A stretch of 64,000 nt of DNA from Octopus vulgaris (GCA_951406725.2 OX597838.1:29326001-29390000); one strand, 5' to 3'; shown: positions 14,244 to 28,744, numbered from the stretch's first letter. Program-made: numbers and translations. Notes: generated by a model not told the origin, from the sequence alone.

Positions 14244-15876
14244 GCATACATACATACATACATACATACATACACGCATACATACCATTTATATGTCTTC
14301 CTCCCCTCAGAATCGATCACCCTATACAGTTTCCACCATGCGGCACAAACGCATACATACATGCACATACACACACATGCATATACATACACATACACAT
14401 ACACACATACACACACAGTTACATCATACAATTGTACACCAACATAAACACCATATTTTCTTCTTTTTTTCTATTCTTGTCCTCCCCCTCTCTCTTTCTC
14501 CCCTCTTTTCTTCTTTCTCTATCTCCTCTTCTCTCATTCTCTCATTCTTTCCCCCTTTCTCTCTCTCTTCTTCTTCTGCTTCCTATCTCTCTTTACTCTC
14601 TTTGTCTCTCCCCCCTCTCTCTCTTCTTCTCCTTCCTATCTCTTTTTACTCTGTGTCTCTCCCCCTCTCCCCTTCTATCCGCCATATCTTTCCCATCTTC
14701 TCTTCCTATCTTCCTCCCTCCCTATCTCTCCCTCTGTCCGTCTGTCTGTCTATCTGTCTGTCTGTCAATCTCTCTTTCTGTCACCCTGTCAGTATGTCTG
14801 CGTCTCTCTCTCCTTTTCTCTCTCTATCCGTCTCTCAATCTGTCTGCCTGTTCTCTCTCTCTCTCTCTTTCTCTCTCTCTCACTCTCTCTATCTCTATCT
14901 CTCTCTTTCTCTCTCGCCTTTTCTCTCTCTTTCTCTCTCTCACTCTCTCTCTATCTCTATCTATCTCTTTCTCTTTCTCTTTCTCTCTCTCTTTCTCTCT
15001 CTCTTTCGCTCTCTATCTCTCTCTCTCTCTCTCCCTTTCTCTCTCTCTTTCTCTCTCTCTCACTCTCTCTCTCTCTTTTTCTCTCTCTCTCACTCTCTCT
15101 TTCTATCTCTATCTCACACTCTCTCTTTCTCTCTTTCTCTCTTTCTCTCTCTCTCTCCCTTGGTCATACTTATACAAAATCCACATACCAAACGCATAGA
15201 CTTAATAAATGGGAATTGTGTTGATTCACACACACACAAACATACATACACACACTCACACACATACGCACAGCCACTTACACACATAAAACACATATAC
15301 ATATGTCAACACAAACATACATAAATACACACACATACACACACATGCACACATACGTACACACATAAACATATATACACACACACGTACAGGATACACA
15401 AAGACTCTAACAGGCATGTATGCATACGTAAAGACATACGTACATACATACATACATACACAGACTCACACATACACACACACACAAACATACACACACA
15501 CAAACATACGCACACACGCATACACACACATATATATATATACACACGCACACACGCGCACGCATATACAATTCTCATTGAGATATCAGTGACTTTTTCC
15601 ATTAAAACCTTCCCCAGTTCTTTGCTGAAGGGGTCACCTCTGACCCTAATTCTAAACCCTCGATACAATTAACTGTTGCTAAGCAACAAATTCTTGGTCG
15701 CCGTTTTCATCCTTCTATTTCGCCTCTTAGAACACTCAATAGGTTTCCACACAATTTCACCGCCATCTTAACTGACTTTATTTTCCTGCTTGCGTCACAT
15801 ACAAATCCATACATTTGTACTAACACACACAAACATATATATATATATATATATATATACATTGCTCTTTCTCTCT

Positions 15877-16002
<126 letters not shown>

Positions 16003-16069
16003 TGATATAGATATATACATATAATAAACATACATACATATATATATGCTTTTTCACAATATTCAACAC

Positions 16070-16240
<171 letters not shown>

Positions 16241-16279
16241 GTAGATATGGATATATATATATATATATATGTACATGTT

Positions 16280-16645
16280 AACCAACCACATGGTTCCTGG
16301 TTCAGTCCTACTGCGTGGCGCTTTGGGCAAGTGTTTTCTACTCTAACTTCGGGTTGACCAAAGCCATATCAGTGGATTTGGTAAACTGAAAGAAGCCCGC
16401 CGAAAATATGTGTGTGTGTGCGTGCCTGTTTGTGTGTGTGTGTGTGTGTGTGTCCTCACAACATCACTTGACAACCGACGCTGGTGTGTGTGTACATCCC
16501 TGTAACTTAGCGGTTCAGCAAAAGAGACCGATAGAATAGTACTAGGCTTACAAAGAATAAGTCCTGGGGTCGATTTGTTCGTCTAAAGGCGGTGGCCCAG
16601 CATGGCCGCAGTCAAATGACTGAAACAAGTAAAAGAATAAAAGAA
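16280..16645 (+). mobile_element. SINE family A (5'-truncated)
   Basis: Runs from ACCAACCACATGGTTCC to GCAGTCAAATGACTGAAACAAGTAAAAG. Confidence 0.85.
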
Positions 16646-16659
16646 TATATATCTAAACC

Positions 16660-17180
16660 ACGCCATCATCATCATGGCACTACGACGGAAATCTTGATTA
16701 ATCATGAGTTCTCCAGCTGCCTTTCCACTCCTGTCCAACCACATCTTGATAATGTCCATCCAAGGCGTTCTTTGCCTGCCTCTTGATCTACGGGGGAGGG
16801 GGTGCTGTAAAGTTCCTGGCGTTAAGGTTGTCGCGAAGGGCCTGGTTGGAGGATCAATCTTCCGATTTCTTTTACGGGGCTTAGAAAAACTGAAGGACCG
16901 CCGCAATGAGTGTGTGAAACTGAGAGGGGAATACATTGGATAAAACCATAATTAACTGATCTTCCTGTGTGTTTTTTTTTACCCAAAGCCAGGAACTTTT
17001 CAGCGCCCCCTCCTTCTATCCGCCACTCTTCCTGCCATGATAATGTTTTCCAGACTTCTGCTTCTTCGAATGTGGCCATAATAGATAAGCTTTTGTTTTT
17101 GTTTTTTTTTCGCAACTTTCGGCAGCTGTCGTCTTTCACCTATACGTCCACCTACGAGAAAGTCTGAACCAACAACACGG
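16660..17180 (-). pseudogene. RTE-clade LINE ORF 3' fragment, split by a mariner-derived element
   Basis: Minus-strand translation KLIYYGHIRRSRSLENIIMAGRV... / RSRGRQRTPWMDIIKMW matches the RTE C-terminal pattern GHI.R...G...G.R.RGR.R..W.D. Degraded RT-like sequence probably continues to ~18.25 kb. Confidence 0.7.
16791..17012 (+). mobile_element. Internally deleted mariner element (MITE-like)
   Basis: TIRs gagggggtgctgtaaagttcctggc / gccaggaacttttcagcgccccctc, with TA at the left end. The interior encodes RGLEKLKDRRNECVKLRGEYIG*, a mariner transposase C-terminus. Confidence 0.8.
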
Positions 17181-17714
17181 CTATGTTAATTAAAAGTTCT
17201 TCTGCGTGCCACTTGCCGTCGAATTTATTTCTAACCTGCTGTTTGTTGATTTCTGTTATTGTAATCTCAGCGTTCGGACCGAGTTGTATATACTTTACTC
17301 ATTAGATATTTGTATGCAATTTGGTCGTTAGTCGGTCTTGCTCTGCGTGTGGTTTCATACTTTGGAATCAGAGATGCTTCTGCTAATTCTAACCAGCTGG
17401 ATGCATTGATATATCTCTACTAAAAGACTGCTGACAGATTTTGATTAAATGCGTGACACAACGAACAGTTAACAAAACCGAGTCACTTTTAATACGTTCC
17501 TCTTCTGAAATTTCTACCAAAATCTCAAAGACGTCGTTATTAATTCTTCAGGTCTTTGGGATACAATTAAAGGACAAGACTTGGGGATACTTTCTAGCCA
17601 ACCTGTATCTTGATTAAATTCATTTATTCTTGTTCCAGACTATTTCTCTAGAACCAGACTGTATCCTCTGGGGAAGGATTTTCCATGAATTTTAATAACT
17701 GATTCCCGCATACC

Positions 17715-18013
17715 TATTTCTTTACTACCCACAAGGGGCCAAAAACAGAGAGGACAAACAAGGACAGACAAACGGATTAAGTCGATTACATCGACCCCAG
17801 TGCGTAACTGGTACTTATTTAATCGACCCCGAAAGGATGAAAGGCAAAGTCGACCTCGACGGAATTTGAACTCAGAACCGGCAGACGAAATACCTATTTC
17901 TTTACTACCCACAAGAGGCTAAACACAGAGGGGACAAACAAGGGCGGACAAACGGATTAATACCACTAAGCATTTCGTCCGGCGTGCTAACGATTCTGCC
18001 AGCTCGCTGCCTT
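17715..18013 (-). mobile_element. SINE family B with a second family-B 3' fragment nested in it (17895-17960)
   Basis: TSD ATTCCCGCATACCT at 17702-17715 and 18014-18027. The inner copy sits at the host SINE's own GGTATT motif. Confidence 0.85.
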
Positions 18014-18359
18014 ATTCCCGCATACCTTTGTAGAATTTGCACGGAATTTTTTGCTAATTATTTTTCTTCGGGCTTCTGTCATCAGACGTTGGAATTTAGT
18101 TTCTGTTTGAGGAAGTTCAATTAAATTTCAAGAGTTTTCTTCTTGCTGTCTCCAAAGAACTGATCGATTGTTTAACCTATCGTTTCATCAATCACCATCT
18201 TCAAACACCTAATCGATTACTTGTCCCACTACGTTAACAATCAATCAGTTGGGTTATCATCTTTTACGACCTCATCAATGACGAACTCTCGTCTGACCCA
18301 GGACTGTCTGGTCATTTGATTAATTGGTTATGCAGAAGACTAATAATGATGCTTTCTAT

Positions 18360-18775
18360 CGCAAGCACAAAGCTTGAAATTTTGGGACGTACATCGACTT
18401 GTTCTTATTTTATAGACCCTGAAAAGATGAAAGGCAAAGTCGACCGCGGCAGAATTTGAACTCTGGACGTAAAGTGCCAGAAGAAATAACCACTGAGCAT
18501 TTTGTTCGACGCAGTAAAGATTTTTGCTAGCTCGCCACCTTATTTGAGTAATAATCCTTCCCTACTATAAACACAAGGTCTGAAATTTGGGGGGAGGGGG
18601 GAAATGAGCTAATCGGTTACATCAAACCCTATGCTCAACTGGTACTTAGCGATCTCGAGAAGATGAAAGGCAAAGTCGACCTCAGCAGAATTTGGATTCA
18701 GAACGTTAAGACGGACGAAATTGCCACGAAGCTTTTTACCCGGGCGTTCTAACGATTGTGCCAATTCGCCGTTTT
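18360..18775 (-). mobile_element. Two older family-B SINE copies in tandem
   Basis: Two GATGAAAGGCAAAGTCGACC cores, at ~18426 and ~18662. Confidence 0.8.
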
Positions 18776-19669
18776 ACTTGACTTATAATAATAATAATAA
18801 TAAAAGAAACAAAACACATCCAGTGCGTGTGTTTATATTTGCAAAATGACCCTCCAAATGTAGAGCAATATCTGTTTCAACGTACGATTTCTCATCAAGA
18901 ATCTTGCAAAACGATTACTAAGACGAAATATTTTCAAAGATTTTCATATCTTACGCGAGCGGACATAATGGTTCACAGAAGGTGAAAATCTGGTTTGTTA
19001 TCGTATGTGGCGCCATAACATTTCCAATCACGTGTCTTTCTATTTGCCTGGATATCTTGTTTTTCTGTTTTTATTACTGCACGGTTCTCATTTTTCGGAA
19101 TAAAATTATAATCAGTAATCTTCTGCTGGCGTTTCACAAATCTTATTTGCTGACCAAATTCTTTCACGGTGAACAAATGCGGTTCGGAATTAAGCCAATC
19201 CGAATATATTCTTTTATCCCATTCCCATAATAGCCAGCAAGCGTAACTTGTTTAACCATTTTATGGCAATTATATCATTCGATAAAGAATTCATATCTCC
19301 AAGAGACATGACTTTTATAAGCTCAAGTTCTTCAATCAATAATAAGATTACAGTTTTTTTTTCATTTTACCATTATAGTCTTTCTTGGAATCGTCATCGA
19401 TATTGTTGACGCTAAGTTTTCAGTGTTATCGAATGGTTCACTTCTCAACCACACGGTCTCATGTTCGATTAAGCGTTGCATCATGAGAAAATGTCATTTT
19501 CTATACCAAGTTCGCAAGAAAATACTTCCCCGAAGAAAGCCTTCTGCCTTAAAACCCAAAACATTCTCTTCTCTTCACAGCTCACTCATTATAACCTTCC
19601 CACTGTATCACTGGGTCGACCACACACACACCGCTAGTCACAATGTGCTTCCTTTCATTATCTTAGCTT

Positions 19670-19890
19670 TCGAATGACGCCACGTCGCTGGCCAGGTGGA
19701 CAGGCGAACACTCTCCTTAAACGGCGTGACCATCCGTCAAAGGGTCACACATCTACAGCTGAGTGGACTGGTGCAACGCGAAGTCAAGTGTTTTGCTCAA
19801 GAGCACAACACACCACCCAGTCTGGGAATCGAAACCAAGATTTTCGGATCATGAATACAACACACTAACCACTACACGACGTGTCTTCGC
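19670..19890 (-). mobile_element. SINE family C, diverged
   Basis: cagctgagtggactgg...gtgttttgctcaagagcacaacac...gggaatcgaaacc...ctaaccact. Confidence 0.7.
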
Positions 19891-20328
19891 ATATTGTCCA
19901 TATATTAAACCATAAATGCCAATTAGATGACCTACCCAGCACTTCAGAGAATTTCCAGCATAAAACTGGGACGAAATCGAAAAATCAATAAAATTTTATT
20001 CACCGTATTTAAATGTGTATCAGGAATAAAACAGCCATTTAAATTTATCGTATTGTATATAAACAGTTATGATTGACGTGTCCTCATGTGCGTGTGTATG
20101 TGTGTATGTGTGTGTGTGTGTGTGCGAGTGTGTGCGAGTGTGTACATACGCACATACACACACGTGTGTGTGCGTCAGCAAACAGACCATTAATCATCTT
20201 CAAAGTTATACGCATAGATATATGCATATGTATATGTGTGTGTGTTTGTATGTGTGTGCTTGTAGATATACATATATATATACACATGCATATATATACA
20301 TATATACATATCTGTGTATGTATGTATG

Positions 20329-20366
<38 letters not shown>

Positions 20367-20987
20367 TATATGAATATATGTATGTATGCATGTAAGTAGA
20401 CTTCAACGACATGTGTGTGTGTCAGTGTGCGTATATCTGTGTGTATATGTATATATATATATATGAGTGTGTGTGTATGTATATATATGTATTATGTACA
20501 CATATATGTACGTATGTATATACGTATGTGTGAGCGTGTGTGTAGGTATATATGGGTGTGTGTGTTTATATATGTATATGTGTTTGTATGTGTATAAATA
20601 TATGTGTGCATTTGTGTTTGTATATGCATGTATATATGTGTGTGTGTGTGTATGTGTGTGTGTACGTATGTATGTGTGTCTGTGTCGGGGAGGAGGGGAG
20701 TTGAAACAGTCGAAACGTTTAATGTCTTCAAAGCTAAATCGAAAAAGAAAATAAAATATTTGCGTAAATATATTTGAACAAATCCGAATATAAAATGTTT
20801 TATAGATTATAAATGTAAGTAGAAACAGTGGTCTAAAGATATGATCTACGACCACTCGGTTTCAAGGTTCGATACCTCAGCACTGCACCTTACGCATGCG
20901 TTTTCAACTATAACCTCTGTGCGCAGAATTTTGATTGATAGCAGCACTGCAGAAGCCTGTATGTACGTATGTGTTTCCTCTTGTATC

Positions 20988-21110
20988 ATTTCCGTTGAGG
21001 AGCGTAGCATTGCACGAAACGTTGAAAACCTCTTCCAATTTTCCTGTGCGTCAACCTAATACACTCTGCATCATTCTTCCTTTACCTCGTCTTCTTGTTT
21101 TCTTTCGTGC
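20988..21110 (+). mobile_element. Penelope-like terminal repeat fragment with degenerate hammerhead (CUGUUGA family)
   Basis: uuu-CCGUUGA-G-GAGC...GCAC-GAA-ACGU-U-gaaa. The downstream sequence is shared with 23391-23530 and 40841-40966. Confidence 0.55.
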
Positions 21111-21269
21111 TCTCTTTCGTCTTCCCCCTCTCTCTCCCTTTCTCTCTCACCTCTCTCTCTCTCTTTCTCTCTCTCTACATATAACATATATATATATATA
21201 TATAAGTTCAACAAAATGTTCTTTAAAATGTTCTTAAAATTTCAATCGACATCTTTGTCTATATATATC

Positions 21270-21452
21270 TACCTTCTCTATAATGTTATCAATTGATATG
21301 AAAATTATGTATTAATGGGAAACCTCTATTAATGGCTGACGATTGCTCAACATTTTGAAACTGTTGTAATACTTACAATATTTAATAAAATGATGTAGCG
21401 TGAAACGATCGTACCAAATTACCGAAGTTATCCTTGTTGCTTATTTTTGATT
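21270..21452 (+). repeat. Interspersed repeat ending at (TA)n; second copy inverted at 33658-33832
   Basis: About 180 bp of near identity between the two loci (ctataatgttatcaatt...gtgaaacgatcgtaccaaattaccgaagtta...). Confidence 0.85.
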
Positions 21453-21834
21453 ATATATATATATATATATATGTATGTATATATAAGTACATGTAGGAAT
21501 AAGTAAGTTAGATCACTATATAAAGTATATTAAATACATCAAATGCAAAAAAAGTCTCTATGTACACGTATAAAAAGGTCCAACTTACACAGAATACGGA
21601 TCTTTTCCTTTTGAACGGCACATGTCAACACAATTTCTAGTTAACTAAACACTTTAAAACTTCGTATACTGGTAGAATGTGTCAAAATGAAACATTTTTT
21701 TCTCTTGGCTTTCTTGACAAAATTGTAATTCGTTTGTTTAACGTAGTTTAATTTTTCGAATTTTAACCAATCAATTGCCCCTAATTGAGCTAAAATCATT
21801 TGCTGCGTCTAAAACTGAGACAACATCCTGTCAC

Positions 21835-21864
21835 TAACCCTAACCCTCACCCTCACCCTAACAC
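21835..21864 (+). repeat. Short interstitial telomere-like repeat (TAACCC/TCACCC)n
   Basis: taaccctaaccctcaccctcaccctaacac. Confidence 0.7.
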
Positions 21865-21940
21865 TAAATTTTTTTTCTTAATTGTTAAATTAATTTAATT
21901 GTTACGCGTGTAAAAAAAAAAAACGGATGGGCTAAAACGA

Positions 21941-21996
21941 AAGCAATGGAAAATAATTTAAACAATGTTAATTGTTTAAATTATTTTCCATTGCTT
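21941..21996. repeat. Perfect 26-bp inverted repeat with 4-nt loop
   Basis: aagcaatggaaaataatttaaacaat-gtta-attgtttaaattattttccattgctt. Confidence 0.95.
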
Positions 21997-22111
21997 ATAA
22001 TTCTATAATTTTATACACACGCTTTCCGTATACGTACACATAAGCATATATACACGTAAATATGCATATATCTACATAAATAAATATACATATGCATATA
22101 TATATATATAT

Positions 22112-22188
<77 letters not shown>

Positions 22189-22240
22189 AATATATATATA
22201 TTATATTTTTTATTTATTTTTTATTTATTTTTATTTTATT

Positions 22241-22440
22241 CTAGTTTCAGCTCACGAGCTGTGGCCATGCTGGGGCACCGCCATTTGGTGTTGCTACATG
22301 ATTTTACTTCACGAATGCTTTTTAGCAAATGCCATTTGGTGCATGAGAGAGTTCGATGCAGCTGCCCTCATCTGCACCTCCTGCCGTGAAGTTGGTTCAT
22401 CTGGGACACCTGACAAGAAGAGATCCAGTTATATTTTAAA

Positions 22441-22443
<3 letters not shown>
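22241..22443 (-). mobile_element. 3' end of a CR1-type LINE (ORF2 C-terminus and 3' tail)
   Basis: The minus strand encodes AFKI*LDLFLSGVPDEPTSRQEVQMRAAASNSLMHQMAFAKKHS* (stop 22309-22311), matching the FK..LD.FL..VPDEP...RAAASNSL motif. It ends GGCGGTGCCCCAGCATGGCCACAGCTCGTGAGCTGAAACTAG followed by an A-rich tail. Confidence 0.75.
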
Positions 22444-22479
<36 letters not shown>

Positions 22480-22636
22480 TTTTTAAAGACATATATATAT
22501 ATATATTATTTAACCAGCCGAAATTGCGAGGATGATCCGGTTCTTGACTGAAGATTGAAGGCTTCGAATGTCCCGTCCGTGTTTTTTGTATCGTCTCCTA
22601 AATGTTTTGCGTTCTTGTCCCAGTTTGTATTTTTAT

Positions 22637-22692
<56 letters not shown>

Positions 22693-22830
22693 GTTTTTTA
22701 TAAAATTATTTTAGCATATATATATATATATATATAATTATTTTAACATATATATATATATTATTTTTTATAAAATTACATTTTCAACTTAACTTTTTTT
22801 CCATATATATATCACCGTTTTTTCAACCTT

Positions 22831-22900
<70 letters not shown>

Positions 22901-22999
22901 GAAGGTTGAAAAGGAACACACGAGTCGATATATATATATGGAAAAAAAAGTTAAGGTTGAAAATGCTAAAATAATTTTATAAAAAACATTTCAGTACCG

Positions 23000-23068
23000 G
23001 TCTCTCTTGTTTACTCTTGTGGGTTCGAGGTCGTCGACCTCGAATCCGCAAGAGTAAACAAGAGAGAC
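23000..23068. repeat. 69-bp palindrome (34-bp arms, 2 mismatches)
   Basis: gtctctcttgtttactcttgtgggttcgaggtcg-t-cgacctcgaatccgcaagagtaaacaagagagac. Confidence 0.95.
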
Positions 23069-23212
23069 AAAGACAGGCAGAAACAAGGAAAATGCCTCTT
23101 TATTTGAATACTATGCAAATATTCTTTTAAAATACTTTCCATTTAATTTTTCCAATGACCGAAACCGGTTAAAAAATTTTTTAGCATTTTCTAACTTGAC
23201 TTTTTCTCCATA

Positions 23213-23682
<470 letters not shown>

Positions 23683-23944
23683 TATATATATTTCAAATAG
23701 ACCAAATCCCAAATCATGTGGTCAGAGTCCGCAGGTTGCTTGGAGACACAAGGCGCAATATAAAAATCTGCGTAAACACGTGACTCAGCGGCAAGAAATA
23801 AGTATTTTAATACACTGTGCATTAAACGATATATATGTGTGTGTGTGTATACGTGTAGATTTATAGTGCGCTCTTGTATAAATATAATATATATGCTTAC
23901 ATACATATATACATATACCTGCACACAGACACATATATATACAC

Positions 23945-23983
<39 letters not shown>

Positions 23984-24009
23984 TATGTACATATTATTAA
24001 TATTTATTA

Positions 24010-24052
<43 letters not shown>

Positions 24053-24218
24053 TTAGACTAATATAGGTTTTCTTCATTTTTTGTGTATGTGTATGTGTGT
24101 GTGTCTATGTGTGTGTGTGTGTGTACATGTAGATTTATAGTGCGCTCTTGTACAAATATAATATATTTGCTTACATACATATATACATATACATGCACAC
24201 ACACATACATATATGTAC

Positions 24219-24295
<77 letters not shown>

Positions 24296-24301
24296 TCTAT
24301 A

Positions 24302-24343
<42 letters not shown>

Positions 24344-24882
24344 TATAGACTAATATAAGTTTTCTTCATTTTTGTGTATGTGTATGTGTGTGTGTTTCTA
24401 TGTGTGTGAGTTTCTACGTGTGTGTGTGTGGTGTCTAAATAAACAGAGACGCGGGAAGATAAAATGTCTCCATAGCTATGGCTAAACAAACAAACAAACG
24501 AGAAATCTTATACGATGCAATGTAATAGAATTTAATAGCATATTTAAATCGAATAACCGCGTAGAGAATATATCAAAAGAAACAAATATTAAGACAAATA
24601 CTTGTGTGTGTGTGTTTCTTCGGGACGAGAATCTATGTCTGACAGATGATGTGTCTGGCCAAGAAATGTAGACGGAAGTAAATCGAAGTACTTTTCTTCT
24701 TTTTATCAATTTCTATTTATCTTACTACTTCTTAACATGACATAAAGTGTCGCTGGCATAAAGCAAAAGGAACACTCACACGCAAACATATACATACATA
24801 TATGTATGTATATATGCATATATATGTGTGTGTGTGTGTGTGCGTGTGTGTGCGTGCGTGTATATATATATATATACATATG

Positions 24883-24913
<31 letters not shown>

Positions 24914-24972
24914 GTATATATATATGTATATATATACATATATATATATATATATGTATGTATATATATATG

Positions 24973-25011
<39 letters not shown>

Positions 25012-25012
25012 G

Positions 25013-25084
<72 letters not shown>

Positions 25085-25088
25085 TATG

Positions 25089-25219
<131 letters not shown>

Positions 25220-25342
25220 CTATATATATATATATATATATATAGGCGCAATGGCCTAGTGGTTAGGGAGCGGACTTGCGGTCGGAGGATCGCGGTTCGA
25301 TTCCCAGACAAGGCGTTGTGTGTGTATATTGAGCGAAAAAAA

Positions 25343-25377
<35 letters not shown>

Positions 25378-25559
25378 ATGTATATACACACACACACATA
25401 CATATATATACGAGGGTGAATTAACAACAACGAGTACTCAATATTAATGTAGAGTGTCTTTATAATGGTACTGAAATTATTCTCTGATGCTGCTCCGAGT
25501 TTTACTTCTCTTCTCTGCTCATGTATATGTGTGTGTGTATACATAAATACATACACATT

Positions 25560-26045
25560 TCGTGATCACGTGAACGACCAGGCTATCAGATGTTGCTACA
25601 CATCGCTGGTCACAATGCGCTTCGCATTGTTTTAGCCTTCAAATGACGCCACCCCGCTGGCTAAGCGAGCAGGCCAAACAGACAAAAGAGTGAGAGAAAG
25701 CTGTGGCGAAAGAGTACAGCAGGGACGCGTGGCCTAATGGTTCGGGTATTCGGCTCGCGATCGTAAATTCGTGAGTTCGATTCCTGGCAGCACGGTGTCT
25801 CCTTGGGCAAGACACTTTATTTCTCATTGCTCCAGTGCACTCAGCAGGCAAAAATAAGTTGTACCTGTATTTCAAAGGGCCGGCCTTGTCGCACTCTGTA
25901 TCACGTTGTATCACCCTGAGAACTATGTTAAGGGCAAACGTGTCTGTCTGTGGAGTACTCAGCCACTTGCACGTTCATTTCACTAGCAGGTTGTTCCGTT
26001 GACCGGATCAACTGGAACCCTCGTCGTCGCAACCGACGGAGCACC
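25560..26045. mobile_element. Family-C SINE (+, 25728-26045) adjoining an inverted C-related fragment (25560-25725)
   Basis: GTGGCCTAATGGTTCGGGT...GAGTTCGATTCC...CCTTGGGCAAGACACTTTATTT. The 3' half is shared with 55828-56202. Confidence 0.8.
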
Positions 26046-26287
26046 CTCTTTTCTTCTTATCTCCTCTCAGTGGGGATGGTCATTTAGGGTAATGTATAGT
26101 CTAACTAAATCAGAATTTAATTACTTCAAAGACGAGAACCTATCAGTCCATAAGGATTGCGGGCCAAACTTATTTTACTGTGTTTAGCCTCTCTCAGAAG
26201 TCTTGGAACCGTTTTATCAATAATCTTTATCATGTCTCAAATATCAGAGGAACAATTTCAAACCAATTTCTCATCTAACACTCCTCT

Positions 26288-26339
<52 letters not shown>

Positions 26340-26359
26340 CTAATTATCTATCTATCTCT

Positions 26360-26392
<33 letters not shown>

Positions 26393-26396
26393 CTCT

Positions 26397-26433
<37 letters not shown>

Positions 26434-26480
26434 CTCTTCTCTCTCTTTCTATCTATCTATCTATCTATCTACCTATCTAT

Positions 26481-26529
<49 letters not shown>

Positions 26530-26718
26530 CTGTCTATCTATCTGTCTGTCTATCTATCTATCTATCTATCTAGCTATCTATCTATCTCTTCTCTCTCTTT
26601 TTTTTTCTTTTCGTATCTCAGCTACAGACTCTCTCTCTTTCTCTCTTCTATCTTTCCTCTACTTGTCTTCTCTTCCCCTCTCTCGCTCTCTCCCTACCTA
26701 CCATTTTCTCTCCTTCCG

Positions 26719-26794
<76 letters not shown>

Positions 26795-28056
26795 TTCTCT
26801 CTCTCTCTTTCTCTCTCTCTCTTTCTCTCTCTCTCTTTCTCTATTTGTTCCTCTCTCGTTTTCTCACTATTTCTCGCTTCTCTCTGAATTACAATATCTG
26901 TCACTTTTCCTCCTCCCTTCTTTCTCAATATCTTATCAATCGTTTTTCTTTTTTACTCCCCCTCTCTTCTCTCTCTCTTCCACTCTTCTCTCTCTTTCTC
27001 TCTAATATATTTATCTTTCTCTTTGCTTCTTTCAATTTCCTCTCACCCTCTTCACGTTTGCTCTCCTTTTCTCACAATCTCCACTTCTCTTTCCCACTCT
27101 CTCTTCTCTCTTTGTCTCTCTCTCTCCTTCACCCTCTCTCTTACGCTCTCCCTTTCTTTCCCTTCCTCTCACTCTTCCCTTCCACTCTCTCCCTCTCTCT
27201 CTTCACTACCCATTCTCTCCCCTTTGTCACTCTCTCTCTTCCTCTCCCATTTCCCTCTCTTTCTCTCTCTCTCGATTCCACTTTCTCTCCTCCTCTTTCC
27301 ATGTATCTTCTCTCTCTTTCTCTCTACTTCTCTCTCCAACTCTCTCCTCTTTCTTTGGCTCTCTCCTTCCCCCTCTCCTTCTCCCTCTCCCTCCCTTTCT
27401 CCCTATATCTCTCTCTCGCTACTTCTCTCTCTCCCATCCCTCTCAACCACTCTCTCACCTTTCTCCCTCTGTCTCTCTCCTCTCTCTCCCTCCACCTCCA
27501 CCTCATCACACTCCAAGATCAATTTCCTTTAAAGTTTAGAAATCTCGTAGATTCAATTTATTTCATTCTCTCTTCCCATTTGAACTCCTGACCTTTTCGT
27601 TCCTTAATGTCAATATCGCTAAGTAGAACATTTCCATTCTTTGTTTCTTCCTTCCTAATCACCAAAATGGCACCATGACCACGTCTCTCTTCCATTCTAG
27701 AAGCATCCTGGCTTTCGAGATGCCCAGACACGGACAAATCTCGCCGTTTCAGCCATGAAGTCTTCAGAATATCTGGAACTTCTTTTATGTCACTCTCTTT
27801 ATGTACACACACACACACATACACACGTACACACACACATATACACGCATACATAAACACATACACACATACACACACACACACGCATGCATACACACAC
27901 ATATACATTCATATACAAGCATACATACACACACACACAAACATACATACGTACATACATACATACAAACATACATACATACATACACACACATACGTAT
28001 ATGCATACATATAAACACATATACAATATATGCATGCATACACACATACACATATG

Positions 28057-28091
<35 letters not shown>

Positions 28092-28355
28092 GCAGGTAGG
28101 TAGGTAGGTATGTAGGTATGTGGGTAGGTAGGTAGGTAGGTAGGTAGGTAGGTAGGTAGGTAGGTAGGTAGGTAGGTAGGTAGGTACAAGTAAGAAATTC
28201 TTATCCCCGGACCAGCTGTTCATTTCATCCTAGAGTTTCTTAAAACGCATTATATATATATATATATATATATGCGTGTGTGTGTATATATATGTATGTA
28301 CATATGTATATACATATATGTATGTATATATATATGTGTGTGTATATATATATAT

Positions 28356-28390
<35 letters not shown>

Positions 28391-28636
28391 AGAGAGAGAG
28401 ATAACTATAACTTGAAAAGTGCTGCATATCTATATATATATAGTGTGTCTCTAAAAATTCTCCATAGAAAGTAGAGCCAACCCTGAAAGTTACTACGTTT
28501 CGTATACGAATACGTCAATGTAAACAATGCGATCGAAGATGGAAAAATAGCTAATGATAGCATAGGGTTGCATAGCGAGATAACAGAGTTTCTACGAGCA
28601 ATTAATATATATATAGATATATATATACATAGATAA

Positions 28637-28719
<83 letters not shown>

Positions 28720-28744
28720 CATAAATACATAGAGATAGACAGAC

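Noticed and set aside
18830-19420. Possible degraded LINE RT region on the minus strand
   Set aside because: Only scattered residues resemble RT N-terminal motifs, too eroded to call.
26071-26187. Possible exon after a pyrimidine tract/AG (WGWSFRVMYSLTKSEFNYFKDEN, faintly PH-domain-like)
   Set aside because: The pyrimidine tract abuts a SINE tail, there is no convincing donor for the PH-like stretch, no partner exons were found, and the similarity is too weak.
27560-27800. About 80-codon open stretch on the minus strand with protein-like composition
   Set aside because: No good splice signals or recognisable domain. It could be a degraded LINE endonuclease fragment, but I cannot support that.
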